This document shows, one piece after another, positions 1-11,394 of a stretch of DNA of 64,000 nucleotides; positions within the stretch are counted from its first letter, which is position 1, and every line of letters begins with the position of its first letter. The notes beneath the pieces are model-generated. The model did not search any database, was not told where the DNA came from, and was given only the letters and a program-made list of their open reading frames with translations. A program made the translations under genes and the position numbers. Origin of the DNA: Naegleria gruberi (taxonomy: Eukaryota); the NCBI GenBank assembly GCA_000004985.1, contig GG738933.1, one strand, 5' to 3'.

Positions 1-457
1 AAACCCAAACCCAAACCCAAACCCAAATCCAAACCCAAACCCAAACCCAAACCCAAACCCAGGCCCAAACCCAAACCCAAACCCAAACCCAAACCCAAAC
101 CCAAACCCAAACCCAAACCCAAACCCAAACCCAAACCCAAACCCAAACCCAAACCCAAACCCAAACCCAAACCCAAACCCAAACCCAAACCCAAACCCAA
201 ACCCAAACCCAAACCCAAACCCAAACCCAAACCCAAACCCAAACCCAAACCCAAACCCAAACCCAAACCCAAACCCAAACCCAAACCCAAACCCAAACCC
301 AAACCCAAACCCAAACCCAAACCCAAACCCAAACCCAAACCCAAACCCAAACCCAAACCCAAACCCAAACCCAAACCCAAACCCAAACCCAAACCCAAAC
401 CCAAACCCAAACCCAAACCCAAACCCAAACCCAAACCCAAACCCAAACCCAAACCCA
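1..457. repeat. Terminal telomeric hexamer array (CCCAAA)n, i.e. (TTTGGG)n on the G-strand, about 76 units with a few variant units (AAATCC, AGGCCC)
   Basis: A perfect 6-bp tandem repeat runs from the first base of the window. The C-rich strand reads 5'->3' at the left edge, which is the orientation expected for a genuine left telomere. The array ends abruptly at 457 and joins a unique unit. Confidence 0.85.
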
Positions 458-769
458 CGGCTAAGGTCAGACCCAATATTTTGACTTTTATTCATCCTAA
501 TTAATTATCTCAATAAATACTCATTATAAATCAATATATTATATATTGATATACTCCAAATTGAATATGTAATCATATTATGGCATAATATTACGTCATT
601 ATAATGACTTATATAAGTTTGTTTCATATAATAGATTAGAGGATTAGGATATCAATGAAAACATTTCAAATTCAATTCAAATCAATGTATCAGCTTATAG
701 ATCATGTTAACGACAATATATATCAATTTCAAATACTTTGGTGTCGTTTCAAGATGTTTACTATTGGAN
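458..769. repeat. Telomere-associated subtelomeric unit, copy 1 (truncated by an assembly gap)
   Basis: It starts acggctaaggtcagacccaatattttgac directly after the telomere repeats. It is about 93% identical over ~310 bp to 2467-2790, which has the same junction to an upstream telomere-repeat array. Confidence 0.8.
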
Positions 770-818
770 NNNNNNNNNNNNNNNNNNNNNNNNNNNNNNN
801 NNNNNNNNNNNNNNNNNN
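770..818. other. Assembly gap (N run)
   Basis: A run of n. It is preceded by ctattgga and followed by telomere-type repeats. Confidence 0.95.
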
Positions 819-1270
819 CAACCCAAACCCAACCCAACCCAAACCCAAACCCAAACCCAAACCCAAACCCAAACCCAAACCCAAACCCAAACCCAAACCC
901 AAACCCAAAGGCAAACCCAAACCCAAACCCAAACCCAAACCCAAACCCAAACCCAAACCCAAACCCAAACCCAAACCCAAACCCAAACCCAAACCCAAAC
1001 CCAAACCCAAACCCAAACCCAAACCCAAACCCAAACCCAAACCCAAACCCAAACCCAACCCAAACCCAAACCCAAACCCAAACCCAAACCCAAACCCAAA
1101 CCCAAACCCAAACCCAAACCCAAACCCAAACCCAAACCCAAACCCAAACCCAAACCCAAACCCAAACCCAAACCCAAACCCAAACCCAAACCCAAACCCA
1201 AACCCAAACCCAAACCCAAACCCAAACCCAAACCCAAACCCAAACCCAAACCCAAACCCAAACCCAAACC
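819..1270. repeat. Internal telomere-repeat array (CCCAAA)n with CCCAACCCAA variants
   Basis: About 450 bp of the same hexamer lying ~0.8 kb inside the terminal array. One unit has a GG interruption (cccaaaggcaaaccc). Confidence 0.85.
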
Positions 1271-1940
1271 CTTACTTTCAATTAGTCAGTCAGTTAATGT
1301 TCAATGTCAATAGTGCTTTTATCCAAGTGTACACTCCATATCAGTGAAAGTACGTCCCATCATCATGTAACTTTGCCAGATACATTTAATCACATTATTA
1401 TACATATGGTATCAGTTTTAGTCTGTTAGAATTGAATTCAATATGATAATAATAACAATCTGTCAAATTGTCACATTTCAATATATAGAATATACTCAGT
1501 CAATTTACAATATATCATACAAGTATCAAATATGAATACACTCCTCTTGGTGAGGAGAACAATCTGAGAAAGTTTCACATTGATGGTTCAGTATCTTAAA
1601 TTCCACTAACTTACCTTAGAAGAAGGTTTACGTTCCATCTCAGTCATTTCATAGAGTTACTGATCAATTTCAACACCAGTATGTTATTCATCCGTTCTGG
1701 TACAATTCAAGTTTCAAGAGTGAGTTCTATGATAAAGTTGATGGAAGTGAGTGCCAAATGGCACTTTCACTTCCACTATAGTAGTAAGCTTTGTTAATCC
1801 TTTCGATTCTGAGCCATTTTCACATCAACTTGAATCTATTTTTAACTTTTCCGCGCGTTTTTCGGTTTGATCAACCGGCAAAAATACTTTTGATCAAGTG
1901 ATTTTATTACCACTAGCCACCATCATAACTTGATATATAT

Positions 1941-2230
1941 NNNNNNNNNNNNNNNNNNNNNNNNNNNNNNNNNNNNNNNNNNNNNNNNNNNNNNNNNNNN
2001 NNNNNNNNNNNNNNNNNNNNNNNNNNNNNNNNNNNNNNNNNNNNNNNNNNNNNNNNNNNNNNNNNNNNNNNNNNNNNNNNNNNNNNNNNNNNNNNNNNNN
2101 NNNNNNNNNNNNNNNNNNNNNNNNNNNNNNNNNNNNNNNNNNNNNNNNNNNNNNNNNNNNNNNNNNNNNNNNNNNNNNNNNNNNNNNNNNNNNNNNNNNN
2201 NNNNNNNNNNNNNNNNNNNNNNNNNNNNNN
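1941..2230. other. Assembly gap (N run)
   Basis: A run of n followed immediately by telomere-type repeats. Confidence 0.95.
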
Positions 2231-2466
2231 ACCAACCCAAACCCAAACCCAAACCCAAACCCAAACCCAAACCCAAACCCAAACCCAAACCCAAACCCAA
2301 CCCAAACCCAAACCCAAACCCAAACCCAAACCCAAACCCAAACCCAAACCCAAACCCAAACCCAAACCCAAACCCAAACCCAAACCCAAACCCAAACCCA
2401 AACCCAAACCCAAACCCAAACCCAAACCCAAACCCAAACCCAAACCCAAACCCAAACCCAAACCCA
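2231..2466. repeat. Internal telomere-repeat array (CCCAAA)n
   Basis: The same hexamer. It ends with cccaaacccacgactaaggtcagaccc, the same junction as at 452-480. Confidence 0.85.
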
Positions 2467-2790
2467 CGACTAAGGTCAGACCCAATATTTTGACTTTTAT
2501 TCATCTTAATTAATTATCTCAATAAATACTCATTATAAATCAATATATTATATATTAATATACTCCAAATTGAATATATAATCATATTATAACATAATAT
2601 TACATCATTATAATGACTTATATAAGTTTATTTCATATAATAGATTAGACAATTAGGATATCAATGAAAACATTTCAAATTCAATTCAAATCAATATATC
2701 ACCTTATAAATCATGTTAACAACAATATATATCAATTTCAAATACTTTGGTATCATTTCAAGATATTTACTATTCAACTTGTCAACTGAC
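2467..2790. repeat. Telomere-associated subtelomeric unit, copy 2
   Basis: Near-identical to 458-769, with scattered substitutions such as acggct/acgact and catcct/catctt. Confidence 0.8.
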
Positions 2791-3258
2791 CTATTCTAAC
2801 ATTGAAGGTAGAAATCTATACCACTTCAATTCACTTCCAATACATCTATACATGTTAATGAAATACATTAATATCATTTTGACATTCATCCATATCATAC
2901 ATGCTACATGGCTGATCTACTTGACACCTACAGGGATGTGACAATGACATCCACTATACAGATCATCATGAAACTGATACAGGACCTTAGTAAAGGTGAA
3001 TAAACACTACTGTATCAGTTTCATGACAATTTGAAATCATTCAACTAGTCAGGAGTGTAATCATGAGAATTATGAATATCAAGATAATGAAATCATATTA
3101 AATTTAAAAGCTTTCAATTATAATATCATATATAGATCAATTAATCATGGTATATCAATAATTGGTATTGAATTTCATATTAATTCATTCAAACCTTAAT
3201 TACCTATCCTTAGATGACCAACTCAATTTTAAACTATCATGAATCATATAACTATTGG

Positions 3259-3726
3259 NNNNNNNNNNNNNNNNNNNNNNNNNNNNNNNNNNNNNNNNNN
3301 NNNNNNNNNNNNNNNNNNNNNNNNNNNNNNNNNNNNNNNNNNNNNNNNNNNNNNNNNNNNNNNNNNNNNNNNNNNNNNNNNNNNNNNNNNNNNNNNNNNN
3401 NNNNNNNNNNNNNNNNNNNNNNNNNNNNNNNNNNNNNNNNNNNNNNNNNNNNNNNNNNNNNNNNNNNNNNNNNNNNNNNNNNNNNNNNNNNNNNNNNNNN
3501 NNNNNNNNNNNNNNNNNNNNNNNNNNNNNNNNNNNNNNNNNNNNNNNNNNNNNNNNNNNNNNNNNNNNNNNNNNNNNNNNNNNNNNNNNNNNNNNNNNNN
3601 NNNNNNNNNNNNNNNNNNNNNNNNNNNNNNNNNNNNNNNNNNNNNNNNNNNNNNNNNNNNNNNNNNNNNNNNNNNNNNNNNNNNNNNNNNNNNNNNNNNN
3701 NNNNNNNNNNNNNNNNNNNNNNNNNN
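3259..3726. other. Assembly gap (N run)
   Basis: A run of n. It is preceded by aactattgg, the same motif that precedes the gap at 770. Confidence 0.95.
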
Positions 3727-5218
3727 ATATCAGATGTACACAAGATAGAATATCATACCACTACTCTTATATATGATATTTATAACGTTTCTGAGTGATT
3801 AATACCAATATCTATATAATTGGAATATCTGTCAAGCTACTGACCCAATGGATCAAAGGAAATGTTCTTACATGTCAATAATGGTAAGAATCAATACCAA
3901 TTCAATATTATCATGTTATAATCATCAAATACTCTCATAGAATCAATTTTGGAATGATTTCAATATCATCTTAGATAGTTGTTATATGGCAAAGTTATTA
4001 CCTTAGTGAACTACCCATGTCATTAAGAAATGTCAAAATTGAAATATTTCAATTATATATTCATATACACATCCAGTAGAGTCTATAATATCAGTTTCAT
4101 AACATATAATCAATAATTGGTATTATGGCAATAATTCTATTGAGATTAGACATTGCAACATTTCCCAAATTGGAAATATAGAATATTAAATCATGAAACC
4201 AATTATATGTCGATAAAATGCATAGATAAACGATATTATCAAATAAAATATATGGGTCCCTATTGAAAATGTTTACCTGGTAAAAAGTGAGCGTAATTTC
4301 CCCAACTTTCATCCTAATTGGTTATCTCCCTATATATATGATAGATTTCAATTATTTTAATTTCATATCATAAAACATGATAATTAGACATGTATCAATG
4401 AGTGGAATTAAGTCATGTATGATATTCATCCTTCAGTTACCAGTATTGTCAATTTCACACAAGTTGACTTCCTACAGTCTGAATATGGATCCAATAATGG
4501 TTATTTCAGTTATATATCATTATATTTGATATTTACTACATTATTAACAAGTTTAATAAATTGGTATAGTGTTTCCATAGTACGGCTCAATATCTTAGTC
4601 AATTAAGGTAGAATGAGTACAGTATACTAAGGATATCATATATTATACTTCCAACATTTATACATGGTAGATATCATCATTATACATCATATATATGAGA
4701 TTGGTGATGATTGTAATAACATTCATATAATAGTACAATAAATGTTGAAAAGTTAATTTTTAGACATGTTGTAGTTTATTTAATATACCGATTCAACAAG
4801 ATTAATTCATAATATCGTCTATTCATATATATATCTACAATATATCAAAAGTTTCATTCTGGCCCAACTTTGAAATTTTCAACTTTGTCAGACCCAAGGT
4901 AGGTTCAACCCATGGGGTCACTTTAGGACTCAATTATCTCGGGAACGGCGAATTAAAAAAATTAGTATTTTCTATCATTTATTCCAAAACTCATATAGAT
5001 TGATATTTGAGTGAATCATAACCCGGAACGTTCTCGTCGCAGAGATAATAGATATACTAGGAATTTTTGAGTTGACCATTTTTGATTATCTCAATAACTA
5101 CGGGGAGTTTTTTCACGTGTATTACAGAATAGATATATTAATGTATTTAATAATACATATATAAGAACTGGATAGCCAATATTAGCCGTTCGTTTTATGT
5201 GATTAGGTTTTCGCCATA

Positions 5219-5248
5219 CCCAAACCCAAACCCAAACCCAACCCAAAC
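5219..5248. repeat. Short interstitial telomere-like tract (CCCAAA x ~4.5)
   Basis: cccaaacccaaacccaaacccaacccaaac embedded in unique sequence about 5.2 kb from the end. Confidence 0.7.
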
Positions 5249-6042
5249 TCATTGTGAACATTACACAATGATATTAAAATAATAAAATTCTTGTTTTTTC
5301 TTTTTATTTCATTTCTTTCACCTTAAATCGAACAATTAACCTTATTTCCTTAAAAATCATTAAGATCAAATTGAATTTCAAAGATAACCAACTTTTTCAA
5401 CATATACACGTTATAGGGATCACACTCATATCAATTAATCCATATTTTTCATTTTCAGTAAAAAATCAAAATTTGAACTTTCCAAAGTTTACTATTTACC
5501 TGAATTGTTTGAGAAGGAAACTTCTCATAAAAAGAAGGGTAGTTTCCCAACAGTGTTTTAATCAACTAAGTCAAACTATTTCATGTCATTCTTAAATTTG
5601 AGACAGAAAAAGTGAAATCTTTGATTTTAGTGAATATTCCACAACAGAGGTGTTGTGTTTGTGAATTTATTTCCATTTTAAATTTTTCCATTTTGGATTT
5701 ATTATAGAATGATACATTAGTATTTCCCTTAATCCCATTCTTGCTACTGCTGACTGTCCCGTTTGACAGCTTATTACATCTGACGGATCCCGTTAGACGG
5801 GATTTACCGTCACACCGTCAATTAGTATCTCCTCATGTTGTAAACTATACCACAACTCAAGGTTTGATGAATTTTGAGCTCGATAGAAGAATCTTTTCTG
5901 TATTGTACAATGCTCTTAGTAAAGCTGCAGGAACTAGATTAAACAAGTCAACTAGCTCTGGCCCAGTCTACTGCTAAATCATCAGATTAAACTTAAACTT
6001 GTACTCTAATAAAACACTTCCCATAAATTAACAATTTTACTA

Positions 6043-7737
6043 TTATTGGAGAACAGAGTATTCTCTCTGATTATATTTCCAATTCGTTACATAGTCATCC
6101 TGTTGAGCCTTCTCACTCATTCCAGCAGCAACAACCCACCATCGAGGGTTCTCCTGTTGATCATACCAACTCTCTCCATTCATTCCAACATTATCAATTC
6201 TACTAATTCTATTAGAACATGGACTAATCATTCTCTCATCATGTCTTCTCAAATCCCTCAATAATGATCCCAAAAAGTGATTGGATTTAATTGGTAAATA
6301 GAGCCATGTAATGAATAATCTCTTAAAAGTTCTCAGAGGCATTCCACTTCCCCACACAGCATAATAATTTTCCATCACCAAATGATTGACATCTGTCAAT
6401 TTACAATGTTCAGTGAATCCTCTAAAACCTCTTGGTATGTTATTAATTAATCCAGCACTATACAGAGCAGATGCTGTGTATCTACAATTATGAGTCATTC
6501 CATGAGCATAGGATGAAATGGCAAAGTATGGAGAAGCTTCATTAATTGTGTGTTTGTACAGAGATCGATGATAATTGTAAAAATCAGAGAATGGAATGAT
6601 ATCATCTTCTAAGGTAATGACATATGGATACTTGTACTTGACAAAACACAAATATAATCCATATAAGGCATGTGTCAATAATTTGGTACTCTTTTCTTGT
6701 GTGAAGGCATTGTCAAAGTTTGGTCCCATCAAATTTTGTAAACTATTCTTGAAAGCATGGAAATAGATTCGAATTTTTACGCATTTCACAAGTAGAATTT
6801 CAGAGAGGACTGACAGGAATGCTTCACCATCTATGGTGATAATGAGAATTGATTTTTCAATATCTCTAACTTTACAAACTCCTTCAAGAACTTCTTTTAG
6901 TGGACTGGTTCTCTTGTAAGCACGGAGCCAAATTGGTAAATGATCTTCTTGCTGAGATTCGTCAAATTTATCTGAATTTAGGACAAAGTTAAGATTATTC
7001 ATTTCTACTTTCCAATCTTCCAGAGTTCTATCCATATTGGGAAACTTATTCATTTGATCAAACACGGCAATGTGTTCATTTAAATAGGATTCGAAATTAG
7101 TTTCTTTAACTGTAGGATTTTCAATCACATTTCTATTCGATTCTGATAACTGAACGGTTGCTGATCTATCACCATCCAGAATCATATTCCTTGTAAGAAC
7201 TGTTCTCACTGTGGCTGGCACAAAGTTTGGCCACATGACCAACAAATCCTCAATCGACTTTTTTGGCATTCTCGAAGTGTCAATTGGATTCCAGGCACTT
7301 GAAGCATCTGACATTGTGGAACATTCAGTACCTGGTAGTGTTTCTAATTTGTTATACCGACTGATATCGTATGGATGATTGAATTTCATGTGAGTTATCA
7401 CTGGTTTCAGGGTTGATTCAATAGTTTCGTTTGGAAATGATGAATTAGTTATTGGCAGAGCTTGAGATCGAACAAAATCTGGTCCAATTTGCTTTGGCCA
7501 CTCACCCTCCATCTCGTTTAGCTCATTTGGAGGCAAGATTGCAGCAATTCCACGACTTGGCAGTTTTGGAATCACTTCAGATTCGACATTTCTCGATTCT
7601 AAACGCTTAAATAATGAAATATAATTGCGAGAGTGATATTTGACAGTTTTCGAAGTGGTTCCAATCCACCAACCAACCTGGAAGAGAAGAAGAAAGAAAA
7701 GAAGTGAAGTGAGGATGTTGAGTGTTTTTTTATACAT
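6043..7737 (-). CDS. Type II membrane glycosyltransferase-like protein (GT-A fold, GlcNAc-transferase I/GT13-like)
   Basis: Uninterrupted 564-aa ORF starting at ATG. It has an N-terminal signal-anchor (LLFFLLLFQVGWWIG). The motif VITLEDDIIPFSDFY resembles the EDD...PDFF catalytic motif of GnT-I-type transferases. Confidence 0.45.
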   Translation of the reverse strand: MYKKTLNILTSLLFFLLLFQVGWWIGTTSKTVKYHSRNYISLFKRLESRNVESEVIPKLPSRGIAAILPPNELNEMEGEWPKQIGPDFVRSQALPITNSSFPNETIESTLKPVITHMKFNHPYDISRYNKLETLPGTECSTMSDASSAWNPIDTSRMPKKSIEDLLVMWPNFVPATVRTVLTRNMILDGDRSATVQLSESNRNVIENPTVKETNFESYLNEHIAVFDQMNKFPNMDRTLEDWKVEMNNLNFVLNSDKFDESQQEDHLPIWLRAYKRTSPLKEVLEGVCKVRDIEKSILIITIDGEAFLSVLSEILLVKCVKIRIYFHAFKNSLQNLMGPNFDNAFTQEKSTKLLTHALYGLYLCFVKYKYPYVITLEDDIIPFSDFYNYHRSLYKHTINEASPYFAISSYAHGMTHNCRYTASALYSAGLINNIPRGFRGFTEHCKLTDVNHLVMENYYAVWGSGMPLRTFKRLFITWLYLPIKSNHFLGSLLRDLRRHDERMISPCSNRISRIDNVGMNGESWYDQQENPRWWVVAAGMSEKAQQDDYVTNWKYNQREYSVLQ

Positions 7738-8159
7738 TGTTATTTGATGAATGTTTGCTTTTTGTTGGCTCCTTAAATGATCAAAGTAGTTCGTGTGTCA
7801 GAAGTCGTTTAGATGTGGCTTGTCAATGTTTGGTTAGTGGGCAAAGACGTCAATTGGCGTGGTTATTGCAAACTTCCAATACCATCAAAGAGATTAGTTA
7901 ACTAAACCTCATATTAGTATATTACGTATATATGAATCTAGATAAAATGCAAAGATTTGTAGTATTGTAGATTAGTCCGTTATAATTGTAAATTAAAATT
8001 GTAAAGTTTGAAGTCAATGAAAACGCGGTTAATTTTTTAACGACGTTAGCCAAAAACGAACTTTATTCGAAACTCTTTTTGAGCTCTTCTTTTCGTTTCC
8101 TTTTCAAAGCATTACATTTCAAGAATCCTAACAACCAAAAGTTTACAAAAGCTGAAATT

Positions 8160-9441
8160 CTAATTTTCACATTCAATCATTCCAACAGGAGTTGCTGCAT
8201 CATACGAAGAAGGGGTTGCACTAGTTGGCGAATCCAAACTTCCTATTACCACGACTTCCTCATTCACAATTTCAGATTTAATCTTTTTAAGGAACTGAGA
8301 TTCGCCCTGTTTCAACATTCCATTCTTTCTCTTTTCAATTTCTTTGAGTGCATTCTCACTATGAAGGAATAATGGAAAGAAAAGGAAGAGAACCAACACT
8401 GCAAATATTAAAACACCAAGACAGTTGAAGAAATGCCAAATAACTTTGTAATTCTCCAAAATGGCAGCTGTCGAAGCAACTGCAATGGAAACTAATTGAA
8501 CTAAAACGCAGCAACACAATCCCAGTAATAAACCAAAGGTTATTTTGAAAGGGGAGGTTACCCTCTTTTCGAAAACGTTAAATTCCATTGAGGATCTTAT
8601 TTCTGATTGAGAATTTTCCTTAATATTGAGATTAGTTTGGTCTCGTTCTGTCAATTGTCTCGATTCCAATACTTTTCTTGTGGTTTCCTTAATTGTTCGA
8701 ATGACCAACACTCCAGAGGTGATAGCCATAATGGTACAAAAGATCAACATGAAGAAAACAATTAAAAATCCAGTCACGAACACTCCGGTTGTAACATTCC
8801 TCGAAACAATGTTAAATTTCTTGGCGCCAAAAAATATTGACACTGCAATAATGACAAAAATTGCAGCAGTTGTGAAGATTGCATTCATTACATTGATAGT
8901 AATGATTAGTTTCTTGTTGTTATCTTTGGAAATGGCTCTCATCATTCCAGCAGTATTCCAACTATAGTTTTGGTAAACTTTTTCTACATTAAAAACTATT
9001 AGAAACTTACAACATTTTCTGAACGAAAAACATTATCTGAAACAATCCAACAAAGTTAATATACATAAAAAAGGCAGATAACCCTCCCATAGTCTGCAAT
9101 GCAACATAATAATCCCAAAGGACCAATTGACCTCGCTCAGCAATTTCCCTCGCTTCCACATGCATTCCATCATAAACAATTCGAATAATCAAATTCAATG
9201 ACTGAATTATCACTGACAGGACTGCAAACACGAACAAAACCTTATGATTTCGTTTAATATTCGTTTGTTTTGCAAATCTTCTAAGGAAAACCACCAAAGC
9301 AATCAAATAAATCGAATAACAAATCAGATAGAAAATTGCATTCGCCATTGAGAGAGCTAAGGACCAGACAGGGAGGTAATAATCGAGTGTAACGTTTGCA
9401 TAACCATTGACTGGAACAACTAGTTGGTCATCTGATGACAT
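8160..9441 (-). CDS. Seven-transmembrane receptor-like membrane protein (2 exons)
   Basis: Exons are 9441..9011 and 8961..8160, with a 49-nt GTAAGT...TATAG intron that restores the frame to 411 codons. Seven hydrophobic helices can be counted, and the N-terminus carries an N-glycosylation site (NVT). Confidence 0.5.
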
Positions 9442-9704
9442 TTTTTTGTGGTGATTGTGGTTTCTTTCGCACCACTAGACGAAAGGTTTAGATTCTGTAC
9501 GAACGGAAAAAAGTAAGAGTTGACAAATCAAGAAGTAATTTAGCATGTTTCGTCTCACTTCTGGTAGGGAATATTTTCCAAAAACCGTTACTGAAAATGA
9601 TTTCTTTTTTTTGTTGTAGGTTTACAATAAAGTGTATCATCTATTCGAAATTGGAAGTTTATCTCGCTTCGAGCAATCCTTACAAAGTGATGGAATGCTG
9701 AAGT

Positions 9705-10970
9705 TTATACCTGAGAAATGACAATTGTTGAGGTCGCTTGTAAGGTGTTTGGGGATTGAGGCGATTCGGTTTCCATTCTCATATCAGAAAGCTCCAAATC
9801 AACAGTAACGTTTCTGTTCATGAAATTCCTTGCATAACTTTCCAAGCAACATTTAACAAATAAACCACATGAAAGAACAGTCAATAAACGAACAGTAACA
9901 AAGAATCTGACTAATTGACCAAGGTCAGGAACAAATTTCAATTGGAGTTTGTAAGTTTCATGAGAGGAATGTGGAGAAAATCCTAAAACTGGATATTCAC
10001 ATGGATAGATTTCAGTTGGTTGTTCAATTTTGTGTTTTTTAAGTTTGCTTCGTTTGGTTGCATGCTTGTTAATTGAGGAAATCATTTTTGGATGAATGAC
10101 AGCAAATCTTCCTCTTCCAAGTTCAACTTTTTCAAAATATTTGGAAAAGTAGAATCTGTAAATGACTGGAGAAAGCAAACCAAGAAGGAAGATATTTGAA
10201 ATGTACAAGAAAATGTACAATAGCTCATGACCAACTCCCAAATAAACACTGAAAATCTTGAATTCTCCCATTCCAGTTCCAATAGGTTCCCAACAAACAG
10301 CTTCTTTCAAATATTGATTCCTCTTTTTAGAAACCTTTGCTGGTTTTCCCCAATAAATTCTGGCATCGAGTTGAGCATAAAAGAATTCGTGGCTATATCC
10401 TAGAATGTAAAATAATCCCAAAGTAAACAAGATCAGCATCCAATTGACCACACTGTACATGGCCAATTTCATATTTCCTCTTGATTTGTAATTCAACATT
10501 CTATTTCCAATTCTCATATTTTTAACTTGTCTCCTTATTACATAATTTACCATTACTGCTTCTCCAAATCCAACTAAAATAAGCTTGTTAATGATAAAGC
10601 TCACAATTGAAATCATTGTATTTCCACCAGTGGCAAAGAAAATATTCTTCACTAATTCATCATTGACCATTTCAGGTGTTAAATTCTTACACACAAACTG
10701 AGAAGAAACTCCTTGCAATTCCATTCCAATTGTTGGACCACTTGCAATAGCACCAACAGCACCTTGACCAATTACCTGAGTCTCCACTAATTGTTGTTGT
10801 TGATAGACAAATGGTTGCTGTTGAACTGGGCTAGCAAGCACAATTTGATTCACCATCTGCTCTTCTTGAGGAACATAATTCGGATTGAAAGGTTCTTCCT
10901 CCTGCACCATCATCATTCCATTATTATTATTATTCATATAATTCGGAATATTACTACTATTCATCATCAT
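9705..10970 (-). CDS. Hypothetical multi-pass membrane protein with an N/Q-rich N-terminus
   Basis: 421-aa ORF with an ATG start and coding-like composition. It has several hydrophobic segments and no recognisable domain. Confidence 0.4.
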   Translation of the reverse strand: MMMNSSNIPNYMNNNNNGMMMVQEEEPFNPNYVPQEEQMVNQIVLASPVQQQPFVYQQQQLVETQVIGQGAVGAIASGPTIGMELQGVSSQFVCKNLTPEMVNDELVKNIFFATGGNTMISIVSFIINKLILVGFGEAVMVNYVIRRQVKNMRIGNRMLNYKSRGNMKLAMYSVVNWMLILFTLGLFYILGYSHEFFYAQLDARIYWGKPAKVSKKRNQYLKEAVCWEPIGTGMGEFKIFSVYLGVGHELLYIFLYISNIFLLGLLSPVIYRFYFSKYFEKVELGRGRFAVIHPKMISSINKHATKRSKLKKHKIEQPTEIYPCEYPVLGFSPHSSHETYKLQLKFVPDLGQLVRFFVTVRLLTVLSCGLFVKCCLESYARNFMNRNVTVDLELSDMRMETESPQSPNTLQATSTIVISQV

Positions 10971-11394
10971 ACCATTATTATTATATTAATTTGGAACGCT
11001 CACTTGTTGTTGAGCATTTTCTTGAGCCAATGATTTATTCATCGGCACCACGTGCGATGTTCTTGTTGATTCACGCGTTCTTGCTATGCAAAATTGTGCC
11101 GGCAATTCAGCACAATTGATTGGGATTTTTGTTTTTGAATATCTGATGAAATTTTGGCGCCCTTTTCATGAACGGTCAATGAAAAGTTCAAATCAAAGAA
11201 CTTATTTGGAAGTGATAAAATTTTACTGTTGGTATCACTCTGTAGAAGAGTTTATAACATCTTAATATTGTAAATCAATTTGTTAATGATGGGTTGTTTG
11301 AGCTTCAATCAAAATCGCTCAATTTCCTTTTTGAAATGTTGCTAATGTTCAAAAAGGCAAGAAAAATCTATTTTCAAATAATAAAATAAAAAAA

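Noticed and set aside
1-457. Ciliate (Paramecium-type) origin suggested by the TTTGGG telomere repeat
   Set aside because: Long uninterrupted standard-code ORFs (up to 1242 aa) and frequent in-frame TAA/TAG terminators at expected gene ends argue against a ciliate reassigned-stop code. The taxonomy is left open.
655-1347. Multiple overlapping ORFs of 110-230 aa (poly-PK, poly-NP, poly-GL, poly-WV) covering 655-1347 and 1894-2504
   Set aside because: They are translations of the (CCCAAA)n simple repeat and of N-gap placeholders (X runs) in all frames. They are not genes.
1-2466. Possible CRISPR-like array (regular short repeats)
   Set aside because: Perfect hexamer tandem repeats with no spacers at a scaffold terminus in a eukaryotic, intron-containing genome. 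They are telomeric repeats, not CRISPR.
3214-3798. ORFs consisting almost entirely of X
   Set aside because: They are read through the N assembly gap 3259-3726 and carry no sequence information.
5371-5977. ORFs 5371-5595 and 5741-5977 in the subtelomere
   Set aside because: Short, with no ATG context, no domain and non-coding-like composition. The 5741-5977 region is better explained by the hairpin-containing non-coding sequence.
6046-6264. Small antisense and overlapping ORFs within larger genes (6046-6264, 8079-8372, 8626-8967, 10082-10282, 10791-11033, 11551-11739, 12615-12989, 13057-13558, 16366-16566, 19879-20097, 21958-22680, 23017-23199, 25693-26450, 32628-32813, 34467-35114, 35659-35883, 37594-37815, 39684-40305, 41019-41981, 43712-44003, 44091-44529, 45771-46004, 46429-46677, 47242-47876, 48581-49157, 50248-52302, 53577-54924, 57022-57237, 59216-59431, 59752-60300, 61559-61762, 63108-63551)
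   Set aside because: Each lies inside or antisense to a longer, domain-supported ORF. They have low-complexity or hydrophobic translations typical of AT-rich out-of-frame reading.
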